A DNA stretch of 64,000 bases from a virus: IMG/VR virus record IMGVR_UViG_3300042519_001303, positions 1-64,000 of that record, one strand, 5' to 3'. Below are positions 18,853 to 28,784 of this stretch, piece after piece; within the stretch, counting starts at the first letter, position 1, and each line of letters opens with the position of its first letter. The notes beneath the pieces are model-generated. The model saw only the letters and a program-made list of their open reading frames with translations, searched no databases and was not told the DNA's origin. Made by a program: the position numbers and the translations under genes.

Positions 18853-19647
18853 ATGACCAATATAACTGAAGTTGAGTCTATGGATGAGGCATTCAAGGAC
18901 CCAGCTCCTTCTATATCTTTACCCGAATCTGTAATTGTAGAATTACAGAGAGGTTTGCTAAACCCAACTACTGGACAATGGCAAACAACAGCAGAAGTAC
19001 GTGAGCTTAATGGTAAGGATGAAGAGTTTCTTTCATCCTTAGAAAACAACAAAAAGATTACGTATGCTATGTATGTTAATACTCTTGTAAGTAGAGCTAC
19101 TGTACGTATTGGTGATACCAACGTTAGAAACACTAAAAGTATTATTGAAGAGCTAATCACTGGTGACCGTGACATATTGCTTCTTGCTATACTAAAAGCC
19201 ACTTATGGAGCTGAGCGCACTTTTAAATACCCATGTTCAGCTTGTAATACACTTAACGACGTAACCATTAATATTGAAGAAGACTTTCCAATGCAGGAAA
19301 CTACTCTTAATCTTCGCGATCCCTTTTTAATTACACTAAAGAACGGATCACAGTTAAAATTTAGATACCCAGTCGGATCAGACAATGTAGCAATGGCTAA
19401 AGGTGAAACAACTGCACAGCAGAGTACTTTGTTAATTAGCCGATGCGTTATCTGGGATCAGCACAAAGATTCTTTGTATAGCGAAGAGTGGGCTAAGAAT
19501 CTTGGATTGCAAGACCGTAATACCATCCTTGGGAAAATCCTAGGACCAAAGGTTGGTCCCAAGCTTGGGGAGGTGAAGACCCAGTGCGCCACTTGTGACG
19601 CTGACATCATAATGAATGTAGACTGGGTATCCCTTCTACTTGCCTAA
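18853..19647 (+). CDS. tail assembly chaperone / baseplate hub assembly protein (T4 gp26-like)
   Basis: VREL.GKDEE, GDRD.LL..I...TYG, two CxxC pairs; lies between tube and tape measure. Confidence 0.75.
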   Translation: MTNITEVESMDEAFKDPAPSISLPESVIVELQRGLLNPTTGQWQTTAEVRELNGKDEEFLSSLENNKKITYAMYVNTLVSRATVRIGDTNVRNTKSIIEELITGDRDILLLAILKATYGAERTFKYPCSACNTLNDVTINIEEDFPMQETTLNLRDPFLITLKNGSQLKFRYPVGSDNVAMAKGETTAQQSTLLISRCVIWDQHKDSLYSEEWAKNLGLQDRNTILGKILGPKVGPKLGEVKTQCATCDADIIMNVDWVSLLLA

Positions 19648-19795
19648 CTTAAAGAGTATATACTGGGAGTACGAAGGCGTCGCTACTGTCTACAAAGGGT
19701 TTAGTTTAGATGATATACGGAGTATGACTATCCGCCAAAGAGACTTTTGGTACCGTATAGCAAAATGGCGAATATCCGACGGAGGCAGTAAATGA
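19640..19795 (+). CDS. tail chaperone extension ORF (gpT-like; TTG start or +1 frameshift product)
   Basis: The +1 frame reads LPNLKSIYWEYEGVATVYKGFSLDDIRSMTIRQRDFWYRIAKWR...; it ends in ATGA overlapping the tape measure start. Confidence 0.7.
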   Translation: MPNLKSIYWEYEGVATVYKGFSLDDIRSMTIRQRDFWYRIAKWRISDGGSK

Positions 19796-22700
19796 CAGAA
19801 GACGAGATTAATAAGCAAGTCTCTAAAGAGACTAGTTCAATGTCGTCTGTTTCTGTTGGCATCGACCTTGACAACCAGGCACTTCGTGGATTGCAAGATA
19901 CCGTAAAAGCTATTAACAAAGAGGCCAAAGAAATGGCCACCAACTTTAAGGAAGCTCTTGAAGCACTTAAAGAAATGGGAAAAGACTATGGCTTAACCCA
20001 AGTTATAAGCTCCACTGAAAACAGTCCTGGTGGTACTGGTGGTGGTGGTGGTGGTGCACAACGAGGTGCTGCTGGAACAACCATTGTTGGTGGTAGAGCT
20101 CACGATACAAAACCAGTAACTCCAGCAGTAGATTCAGTAGCTGCAGCGTTGGGTGGCTTTAAAGCTTTTCAAGCAGGAGCAGGGTCTGCCCCTCAATTTG
20201 CTCCTGGGGGAAGTATAGACGGGCGTAAATTAACAACCGGTGGAACTGGTGCAATTGGTCTTGCGGAAAAGTTCCAAGCTGGGGGTTTTACTACTGCTGG
20301 TAACTTTGCAAGTATGGCAGGCACCCTTGCCAAAGTAGGCGTTCAAGCAATAGATAAACGTGTAGAAGATGCCAGACCATATGTTTTAGCTGCTGATAAA
20401 TCCACACTTCAAATGCAGCAAATTACTGGCATGAGCCAGAGAGGGGTTATGGATAATCTCCGTATGCCCCTAACAGACTATAAGCTTGGTACTAACGGGA
20501 TTAACCAGCTCATGTCCTTACAGGCCCGTACAGGCATCAATGCTAGCCAGCAGGCATCTAGTGTGGAGTTTATGAGAACTCTAAGTGGGTTTTCTATGGG
20601 TGCTGAAGGAGCTTCAAGTATCATAGAAAGTCTAGCTGCTCCAGAAACCGTTAATCAGATGTACATGATGACCGGCATGAGCCTGATTGGTCCAGGCGGC
20701 AAGCAGAAAAGCACACAATCTTTAATTCAAGGACTTGCCAAAAGGGCGGGATTAGACAATAAAAACATAGCTGAATCAGCAATAGCCCCTGGTTCTGTTA
20801 CTAGAGCAACACTCTCAGCTATGGGAGTATCTGGGGACTTGCAAGATCAAGTTATCCAATATGGTCAAGCTAACGTTAACTTTCGTGAAAAAGGTGGAAA
20901 AGGCTCATACGATCCAACTAAAGAAGCTGATCGTAAAAGAATGGGTATTGATGATACCTACGCTATGGAAGCAGAAGAAACTGAGCGTAAGCGCGGTAAA
21001 AGAGATGAAAAGTTCTATCAAGACCAAGCTGGTTCTTACGCTAAATTAGAACGCCAAACACAAAGACTTACAGATGCTATGGCCAAGCTCGAACAGGTAA
21101 TGGCCCCAATTATTAGTGCAAGAACTGGTAGCCGTGTGGCTCAAAAGGTACTTGGTGGTGTTGGTTCAATGCTTAGTAACATACCTATAGTTGGTGGACT
21201 TCTTGGGTCAATAGGTGGAATACTTGGAGATCCTCGTCCGAGCAATAGCCGGTATATTGGTGATGATAATGCCCCATGGAATACTGTTCCACCATCAATG
21301 ACTGTACCTCCATCTGGTGGAAGTAGTGGAGGTGGAGGTAGCGGTGGTGGTGGCACTATACCTACTACAACTATACCTAACTCATCACCAGTTACTGGTT
21401 TAAGTTGGCCTAACACTATTGGTGGTTTTTCTGGTATCGACCCCATTTCTGGTCTCGACGCCAGGGGACAATTTATACATAGTTTAGGTATTACAAACCA
21501 CCTTGGTCCCGAGGAAACACTTATATTAGGAGGCGGTGCCGGTTCAACCCCCTTAGATGGTGGTCCAGAACATTTTAATATACCTGGTTTTGACACTCCT
21601 GAAAATTTTGCTATTATGGGCAATAGCACTACCGCCCCGGGAACCGGTTTAAATGGGTCACTTAACTCAGCAATAAGAAGACTAGCAAATAGAGCTTACG
21701 CAGAAACTAACGGAAACGTTCAAATTAAACTAGCTAGTGGTAGAAGATCTGCGGAAGAACAAAAAGCTTTATGGACTCAACGCATGCAGGTAGTGCCTAA
21801 TGGTTACAAACTTCCTTATTATAAAGATGATTTTGATGGAAAAAACTATAAGTTAGTAAGATATAATGGTCAACTTTGGATGAAAAAACCTGGCAACTCA
21901 GATCCTCCTATAGCAGCACCAGGAACTTCATTACATGAACTTGGTTTAGCAGCAGACTTAGATCTATCAGATCCAAAAGCCGCATTGTATGTTGCTCAAA
22001 ACTTATGGAGGTTTGGTCTGTCATCTGGTAAAGCAGATGGAGAACCTGGGCATATACAACTAGCATGGACTAAAGACATGTCCGTAAGTCAATTTCTTGG
22101 TAGCACTGCTATGTCATATGATGAGGCATTTTTTAAGGGTAGTGGCACCGACGACGAGAGTGGATTTAGAGATACAAGTCCTAATATGTTTAATGCAAGT
22201 ACACTAGCTGAATTTGGTGGTGTTAATTTAAACCAGTTTAATAGATCTTTTCTAACTAGATTAGGAACAACCATTACTCTTAATAAACTTAAAGTACTTA
22301 CTGCTATATCTCATAAAGAAGGTACGGGGGGTAACTATAATCCATGGAATGTTGTGGCTAACAACGACAGAAAAGCAACAATAAATGGAAGAATATTTGA
22401 TAGGTCTGAAACAAACTTTAATAGAAATGGTGGTGAAGAAAACCTGTGGCCTGTACAAAACTTTGATAATTTTAAAGAGGGTGTTGATAGTAGCCTTTTT
22501 CACTACTTAAATAGCAACGAAGGTTTAATGAAGGTCCTTATGGAAGAGAACCCTTCTATGGAAAGACTTGAAGCAGTCCTGTCAACAACACCAAATTACA
22601 GAACAAAATTAAAAGCACTTAATGACATCACCAAACCACAATGGGATAAAGCTGTTCTTGATAAGAATTATCAAGGAATAGCAAATAGTTATGGAAAAGA

Positions 22701-23019
22701 AGGGCTAGATGCAGTTATACCCATAGCAGACTGGGGTAAAAAGATGGGAGCGTGGGGTGGTTCAGTAGGAGATCCAGTATCTGGTTCTTCAATGCAACCA
22801 ATGTCAATACCAAGTTCGCCCATGCTTTCATCATCTGGATCATCTGGTGGAGGTGGTTCTTACCATGAAGGTAGTACTGTAACTATTTCACCAGTAATAA
22901 ATATGACGTCAACAGGTAATAACGGCGCTGTAAGTGAGTATGATTTAAGGTCTATGGCCAAAAAGATTGCAAAGTTAATTGAACAAGAAGCAAATATAAC
23001 CAAATTTAGGAGTATGTAA
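19792..23019 (+). CDS. tape measure protein with C-terminal M15 peptidase and probable lysozyme-like domain
   Basis: 1075 aa; helical Ala/Gly/Gln-rich N-half; SGRRS..EQ, SLHELGLAADL and EPGH motifs; second domain HKEG...YNPWN. Confidence 0.85.
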   Translation: MTEDEINKQVSKETSSMSSVSVGIDLDNQALRGLQDTVKAINKEAKEMATNFKEALEALKEMGKDYGLTQVISSTENSPGGTGGGGGGAQRGAAGTTIVGGRAHDTKPVTPAVDSVAAALGGFKAFQAGAGSAPQFAPGGSIDGRKLTTGGTGAIGLAEKFQAGGFTTAGNFASMAGTLAKVGVQAIDKRVEDARPYVLAADKSTLQMQQITGMSQRGVMDNLRMPLTDYKLGTNGINQLMSLQARTGINASQQASSVEFMRTLSGFSMGAEGASSIIESLAAPETVNQMYMMTGMSLIGPGGKQKSTQSLIQGLAKRAGLDNKNIAESAIAPGSVTRATLSAMGVSGDLQDQVIQYGQANVNFREKGGKGSYDPTKEADRKRMGIDDTYAMEAEETERKRGKRDEKFYQDQAGSYAKLERQTQRLTDAMAKLEQVMAPIISARTGSRVAQKVLGGVGSMLSNIPIVGGLLGSIGGILGDPRPSNSRYIGDDNAPWNTVPPSMTVPPSGGSSGGGGSGGGGTIPTTTIPNSSPVTGLSWPNTIGGFSGIDPISGLDARGQFIHSLGITNHLGPEETLILGGGAGSTPLDGGPEHFNIPGFDTPENFAIMGNSTTAPGTGLNGSLNSAIRRLANRAYAETNGNVQIKLASGRRSAEEQKALWTQRMQVVPNGYKLPYYKDDFDGKNYKLVRYNGQLWMKKPGNSDPPIAAPGTSLHELGLAADLDLSDPKAALYVAQNLWRFGLSSGKADGEPGHIQLAWTKDMSVSQFLGSTAMSYDEAFFKGSGTDDESGFRDTSPNMFNASTLAEFGGVNLNQFNRSFLTRLGTTITLNKLKVLTAISHKEGTGGNYNPWNVVANNDRKATINGRIFDRSETNFNRNGGEENLWPVQNFDNFKEGVDSSLFHYLNSNEGLMKVLMEENPSMERLEAVLSTTPNYRTKLKALNDITKPQWDKAVLDKNYQGIANSYGKEGLDAVIPIADWGKKMGAWGGSVGDPVSGSSMQPMSIPSSPMLSSSGSSGGGGSYHEGSTVTISPVINMTSTGNNGAVSEYDLRSMAKKIAKLIEQEANITKFRSM

Positions 23020-25235
23020 TGGCTGATTACAAGGGTGATTACGATGATCTTTTTACTTTTTTAGAAGGAACTCAACCAGGCTCTGGAAAAGACCCAGATG
23101 CATCTAAAAGCGTTACCAATGATCCGTTTGGCCTGTACCCAAATAAATCGAGAACTGTTCGTCTTAACAATGCTACTGATCAATTGGAAGCACATACCCA
23201 AGTACTGCCAAAAGGTTTTATTAGAAACTTAGTAACAAATCAAGGTGGAAACCTGGCTCAATTTCCAAACATACGATGCAATTTTCAATTTAACCCACAA
23301 GATATTCAACATCAAATTGAAGCAAGAAAAGATATGTATTTACCAATCTTGCAAGATCCCTCACAGCTTAATCAACCAATGGCTGGTAATGCAACATTTG
23401 CTTTTGAATTAATATTTGACAGAAGTATGGAAGTCAATAGTAACCGTTCATTAACTGTTACTAATGATGAGGGAACTATGCCAGACCCTAAGTCTCCAGA
23501 AACTGTTGGTGTATTCCATGACTTACGTGTACTATATTCAATAATTGGACAGGGACTTAGTTCTGAGTTAATGGAAGCGCAACTAGCTAAATTGAAACAA
23601 GACGTAAAAAATTACGCTACCGTAAACTACAAGCAGTTAAATATCCAAGCAACAGCAACGGCTGGTAATCCTGTTACTACTTTTCAACCTTTAAATACAG
23701 ATGGCGGGGTATACGCTGAAGATGGCGACGCTGATTACGACTTAAACTCAAAAAAGACTGCTGATTTTTTAACAAATATTGATAGTGATCCAAGTGGCGG
23801 TATTAAATTTATGAGTGATTTAAATGTTGGAAACTCTGCATTCTTGATACCTCAACCATGTCGTGTTATTTTTTCTCCAATGTTTATGGTTGATGGTTTT
23901 GTAATGAATACAAATGTTTTGTTTACAAAGTTTAGTGCAAAGATGATTCCAATACAATGTAAAGTATACTTACAGATGCAAGCAATTTATATTGGTTTTG
24001 CTAGAGCTAAGACATTTATAACTGCACAGATAGAAGAAACTCAAGAACAAAATGATGAAGAACTAACTACATATACAAATAACCTAACCACACTACGTAA
24101 GTTGCTCGAAACTCATCTTCAGCGTATTACGGTTGCCTACAATGCAGACCCAAGAATACTTTCTGATGGGGGCATACCTGACGCAACACTTGAATACTCA
24201 CAGTCAATTACCTCAACAAAATCAGGGGCAAACAGTGAAAGTTTTGGTCTGATATATCAACCATTTTGGATGTTTGCTACTAAAAATTTTTGGTACAACC
24301 GACCATATGCAATAACAGGAGGTACCAGCCTTATATCTGAGGCTAAACCTCAATCTACTTCAAATGATCCATACGCCATTTATGAGCCTACCGTACTACT
24401 AAAATTTGCTAATCCAGAACTCATACCTTGTCTTACCCCATATGGAGTCCCTGGTATTACTGTAGAGCTTTCACAGACAGTTGATGATAGGAAAGCCATA
24501 AGAAAAAAAGTATTTGAAGATATGAGTAGTGACAACCCAGTTGTTGACATAAAAGTATTCTCTTACATTTATGGACCATTTAATAGTGAAACAGATGCAC
24601 GTGCATTCACAGCAACAATACCAAGTGATAGAAAATCTAAGGTCCCAACGGGGAGAGTAGGGGAATACACTACAGGATATGCATTTAGAGATACAGATGG
24701 CTGGGATGACTTTACTAAGAAACCTAAAAACTGGACGTTAGGAACTAGCACTTTTGATCCAGTATATAATGGTTTAAACAAAGGTTCTCAAGCCATAAAT
24801 ATATCAACAGCTAATAGCTCAGGTAGTAACATTAAAACTAGATTAGACCAACTATTGGAAACTTTAGATTATCCTGAGACAGACAGTGACCAAGCCAGAA
24901 AACTCTATATAGAAACCTCTTCGGTAGATAAAGAAATTAGTGACCCTAGCTGGGATGCTAGCAAAGTAAGTAGCAATAGTGCTAATGGTTACAATGCAGT
25001 TCCATTTGACGTATATCAAAAACTACCTAACTCTTTACTAGATTTAGTTGATGATGTTCACGATCTATCTAATAAATATTTTGCTGTAGTAACAGTAGTT
25101 GCTGTATATTACAATATAGCCGCACCTGGAAATGAAGCTGGTGGTTCTGCGCTAGATAGATCAGTTATTATAGTAAAAGGTGACAATACTAGATTTAAAG
25201 ATACTCTTTCACCCATTTACAGTGTGGTAGCATGA
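23019..25235 (+). CDS. tail tube initiator / baseplate-associated protein with long C-terminal extension
   Basis: FQFNP..I, F.LIFDRS.E and F..FS..MIP..C.V motifs of post-TMP tube-like proteins. Confidence 0.6.
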   Translation: MADYKGDYDDLFTFLEGTQPGSGKDPDASKSVTNDPFGLYPNKSRTVRLNNATDQLEAHTQVLPKGFIRNLVTNQGGNLAQFPNIRCNFQFNPQDIQHQIEARKDMYLPILQDPSQLNQPMAGNATFAFELIFDRSMEVNSNRSLTVTNDEGTMPDPKSPETVGVFHDLRVLYSIIGQGLSSELMEAQLAKLKQDVKNYATVNYKQLNIQATATAGNPVTTFQPLNTDGGVYAEDGDADYDLNSKKTADFLTNIDSDPSGGIKFMSDLNVGNSAFLIPQPCRVIFSPMFMVDGFVMNTNVLFTKFSAKMIPIQCKVYLQMQAIYIGFARAKTFITAQIEETQEQNDEELTTYTNNLTTLRKLLETHLQRITVAYNADPRILSDGGIPDATLEYSQSITSTKSGANSESFGLIYQPFWMFATKNFWYNRPYAITGGTSLISEAKPQSTSNDPYAIYEPTVLLKFANPELIPCLTPYGVPGITVELSQTVDDRKAIRKKVFEDMSSDNPVVDIKVFSYIYGPFNSETDARAFTATIPSDRKSKVPTGRVGEYTTGYAFRDTDGWDDFTKKPKNWTLGTSTFDPVYNGLNKGSQAINISTANSSGSNIKTRLDQLLETLDYPETDSDQARKLYIETSSVDKEISDPSWDASKVSSNSANGYNAVPFDVYQKLPNSLLDLVDDVHDLSNKYFAVVTVVAVYYNIAAPGNEAGGSALDRSVIIVKGDNTRFKDTLSPIYSVVA

Positions 25236-25477
25236 AAACAACCTACTTATCAACAGATAGATATACACTTGATGCTTCTGGTCAAACTGCTTCTAGAAGT
25301 AAGTTTGTAGTTTCCACTTATGAAGTGTATGTAGCAACACATGGTGACACTTTTATGAATTTAAGTATAAGATTCTTAAATGATCAATCAAGGTACTGGG
25401 AAATTGCGGATATTAATCCGCAAGTGCAATGGCCTGATCAGATCACAGCTGGTACTTTGATACGGATACCATTATGA
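25232..25477 (+). CDS. LysM-like baseplate protein (P2 gpX-like)
   Basis: GDTF..LS.RFL.D..RYWEIAD.NP....P..I.AGT.IRIP. Confidence 0.85.
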   Translation: MKTTYLSTDRYTLDASGQTASRSKFVVSTYEVYVATHGDTFMNLSIRFLNDQSRYWEIADINPQVQWPDQITAGTLIRIPL

Positions 25478-26631
25478 TATCTAAGTCTTTAAACAATTTT
25501 GCTGGTGTAACCACACTAGTCATCAATAACATGCAAGTTTTATATAATTCTGTACTAGAGTATGATCTCTCATTATCAGAAAATAAGCATGATTTGTTAG
25601 TTATAACTATGACCGGTATTTCTCCAAGAGCTGTAACAGATTACATAGGAGCACCAGTTAAGTTTTTTCTAGGTTCTTCAAGTGGAAGAAGTCAAACTTT
25701 TAATGGATATGTTTCTTACACTGAACCTTTTTCAAATAACAGAGACGGCTTTGTAAATAAAAGCCCCATACAGTTAACAAAGCTTTACTGTGTGGGTGCT
25801 TCATTTGTAATGAAAGAAGTAAGATCAAAGGTATGGGACTACCCAACATTGACTGATATTATTAATGATATATCTTCTAGATATAGATTTAGTATTGATT
25901 ACCCAACAGACTCATATCAGCCTATTCGTTTAGTACAGGCTACTGAGAGCGATTGGTCTTTTTTAAATAAAGTATGTAAAACATTTGGTTTATCTTTTAC
26001 ATTACATGGAACTCATTTGCATATATGGGATAGGTCAAAAGCAACAGGAAGATTGTCTTCTTATCATGTGGCTGTTACTTCTTCAAAAACACAAGCTAAC
26101 CAACCATTTTCGGTATTAAATTTTGAAGCTACTCTTGGAAGAATATCGTCTTCAGTAAATGCAAGTAAGTCAATTGTAACTGTATTAGATAATCAAAACA
26201 ATGTGCATACTGTTACTTCAGAAGATATTGACTACAATCCGGGTAGCAGTGCATCTAAAGTATTCAAAAAACCACTGTATTACTCAGCAAATTCTTTAGA
26301 AGAAGGTTTAAAAATTGTAGATTACAATGATAAAAGTAACTATATATATAACGCTACAATAAAAGTGATGTATGGTGCTGGTGCAGTACCTGGTGGTTTA
26401 ATAGACCTAAAGGGCTATTCATCAGATTTTGATGGAATATGGTATGTAACGGATGTTAAACATTTAGTAAAATCAGAAAACTATGTAACCGAACTTTCAG
26501 TAATTAAAGATTCTAAATATGAAGATACACCAACACTTACTTTAACAAAAAAGTTTTCAAACCCTCCTGACTCATTTTTATTAAACGATAAATGGGTAGC
26601 AGAGACTTCTGAGGTGATGCAGTATGCCTAG
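25474..26631 (+). CDS. baseplate hub (gp27/GpD/VgrG-like)
   Basis: Q..ESDWSFL.K..K.FG and G.WYV..VKH motifs. Confidence 0.8.
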   Translation: MISKSLNNFAGVTTLVINNMQVLYNSVLEYDLSLSENKHDLLVITMTGISPRAVTDYIGAPVKFFLGSSSGRSQTFNGYVSYTEPFSNNRDGFVNKSPIQLTKLYCVGASFVMKEVRSKVWDYPTLTDIINDISSRYRFSIDYPTDSYQPIRLVQATESDWSFLNKVCKTFGLSFTLHGTHLHIWDRSKATGRLSSYHVAVTSSKTQANQPFSVLNFEATLGRISSSVNASKSIVTVLDNQNNVHTVTSEDIDYNPGSSASKVFKKPLYYSANSLEEGLKIVDYNDKSNYIYNATIKVMYGAGAVPGGLIDLKGYSSDFDGIWYVTDVKHLVKSENYVTELSVIKDSKYEDTPTLTLTKKFSNPPDSFLLNDKWVAETSEVMQYA

Positions 26632-26887
26632 TTCAGATATCAGTCTATATAGAGCTCTTGTAATTAGATCATTAGACCAGGAAGTACACGTAAAGATACC
26701 ATCAATTCTTGGTGCAAATGAAACTATAACTATGCATAGGCCCACTGAAGTTGGTTCAGAATGGCCACCAGCAGAAGGTGCTCAGTTAATTGTTGCTATT
26801 GAGGGAGAAAATTTTAACAAGGTGTATTTAATAAGCAACATTACCGATACTACAACCATTAATAGTATTAATGGTGGAAGCGCTTAA
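26624..26887 (+). CDS. short baseplate spike (gp5/gpV OB-fold only)
   Basis: LYRA.V......V.VKIP....P..G..V.VA.EG; between hub and gp25-like gene. Confidence 0.6.
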   Translation: MPSSDISLYRALVIRSLDQEVHVKIPSILGANETITMHRPTEVGSEWPPAEGAQLIVAIEGENFNKVYLISNITDTTTINSINGGSA

Positions 26888-26900
26888 TCGAGAGGATTTT

Positions 26901-27299
26901 ATGAAAGTAATTAAAACACCATTTAGCTTTGCAGGTGGTAAAACTGAAGTAACTAAAGATACTGTTACAATCATAAATCAAAAGATTGAAAGTATATTAA
27001 ACACTCCAAAATTCTCAAGAATACTTCACCCATTATATGGTAGTAATATTGCAATGCTAATTAATGAATACCCGAGTGAAATAATATTGCTTGATGCAAA
27101 GGTGGAAGCTTTGATGGATTTAGAAGAAAATCTATCTGGTGCTACAGTATTAGACATGCGTTTTGATGTATCCTCAATTACCAGTTCTGACCCAATTCTT
27201 AATGTATACCTTACATACAGACTACCTATTGGGACTATACTAGGTAGTACTGTAAAAATAGCTATACCAGGTATAGTTACCGAAGACACGATTGTGTAG
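26901..27299 (+). CDS. baseplate wedge / sheath initiator (gp25-like)
   Basis: PFSF..G...QKI..IL.T....R...P.YG; GAGG RBS before ATG 26901. Confidence 0.75.
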   Translation: MKVIKTPFSFAGGKTEVTKDTVTIINQKIESILNTPKFSRILHPLYGSNIAMLINEYPSEIILLDAKVEALMDLEENLSGATVLDMRFDVSSITSSDPILNVYLTYRLPIGTILGSTVKIAIPGIVTEDTIV

Positions 27300-27307
27300 G
27301 TTGAGTA

Positions 27308-28783
27308 ATGGATCAATCATTTAATTACGCCAGTAGAACATATAGCACCATTAGACAAGACCTTCTTAATCGTGCGGCCCTTGTTGCCCCAGAGTGGACG
27401 GATAGAGACCCATCAGATTTTGGTATGTTATTTGTCGACCTGTGGTCATATATGGGTGACATTATGAATTACTATATTGATCGGGCAGGTAGGGAAGCTT
27501 TTATAACTACAGCAACTCAACGTGAAAGCTTAATTGCTTACGCAAACATGTTTGGGTACAAACCTAGTGGTAGAAGATCATCCACAGCTAATGTCTTTAT
27601 AGCTAATGGTTCTTCTGCTTCAGCTAACATATACACAGTTAATATTGGAGACAAGTTTTCTGCTGTTTCAAACAACACTACTTATAACTTCTATGCCTCC
27701 AGTGAAGCCCTTATCACTCCTGGTCAATCTGCTGAAATATCAGTTACTGAAGGAATTAGAATAGTTGATGAAACTGTAGTGTCATCAGCAACTGGTTTGC
27801 CTAACCAAGTTTATACGTTGGCTAACTCCGATGCAGATGCAGCAACAATATCTGTTACTGTCACTGAGGAGGGTGTAGCAAATACTTGGGTTAGTTATGA
27901 AACTATTGAAGATATACCACAAAACTCTAGAGGATTTAGTGTTTTTCTATCCTCTTCTGGAAAAGTTCAGTTAAGTTTTGGTAATAGAATTAATGGGTAC
28001 ATACCACCTTCTGGATCTACTATTAAAGTTAGCTACACTAGAAGTTCTGGTGCTGATGGAAACATTGGAAGTAACTTAATAAAAACACTTGTTAGTACCG
28101 CACCTTCATACATAACAATTAGTAGTTCAAGTGTAGCTTCTGGTGGTACCAATGGAGAAACTGCGGAAACACTTAAGTCTAATATAATATCCTATATTAG
28201 AACACAAGATAGAGCTGTAACTCTAAAAGATTATGAAGACCTTACTAGGTCTGTAAGTGGTGTTTATAAAGCAGTTACTACTTATACTCCGGGATCTGGA
28301 TCAGCAAGTGGTGGAGCTTCTGTAGTACTTTATGGGTTACCCTATGTAAGTGATTTTTTAACAACTACCTCGCATTCAATTACTGTCCCTGCTGATTTAA
28401 AAACAGATATTGTTAACCGAGTTACACCACGTTCAATGCTTGGTGTAACTCCCATTGCAGCAAGCACTATTACTTTAAACAGACTAAACATAACTGCTGA
28501 GATTTTTGTTTCAGATGGTTTTGTAAGTAATGCAATAGCTAATAATGTATACAACGCCATAGATGGTTTATTATCTTTTGACGCTACTGATTTTGGTAAA
28601 CAAATAAGAAAGTCTGACGTGTATAAAGCAATTATGGCTTTAAATGGTGTTGATTACATTGAAATATCAAATTTTCAAATCTTAAATTCAAGCAATGCAG
28701 AAGTTACTGTATTAGATCCAACACACCTAATAAGAAAAGGTTCTATTTCTTTTACCTTTTCTGGAGGGATGGTAGCTTCATAA
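27308..28783 (+). CDS. baseplate wedge protein (gpJ/gp6-like)
   Basis: Y.SR.Y..IR..L...PEWTDRDPSDFG, FG....G.IP..G, GG.NGE and RAVT..DY motifs. Confidence 0.9.
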   Translation: MDQSFNYASRTYSTIRQDLLNRAALVAPEWTDRDPSDFGMLFVDLWSYMGDIMNYYIDRAGREAFITTATQRESLIAYANMFGYKPSGRRSSTANVFIANGSSASANIYTVNIGDKFSAVSNNTTYNFYASSEALITPGQSAEISVTEGIRIVDETVVSSATGLPNQVYTLANSDADAATISVTVTEEGVANTWVSYETIEDIPQNSRGFSVFLSSSGKVQLSFGNRINGYIPPSGSTIKVSYTRSSGADGNIGSNLIKTLVSTAPSYITISSSSVASGGTNGETAETLKSNIISYIRTQDRAVTLKDYEDLTRSVSGVYKAVTTYTPGSGSASGGASVVLYGLPYVSDFLTTTSHSITVPADLKTDIVNRVTPRSMLGVTPIAASTITLNRLNITAEIFVSDGFVSNAIANNVYNAIDGLLSFDATDFGKQIRKSDVYKAIMALNGVDYIEISNFQILNSSNAEVTVLDPTHLIRKGSISFTFSGGMVAS

Positions 28784-28784
28784 G

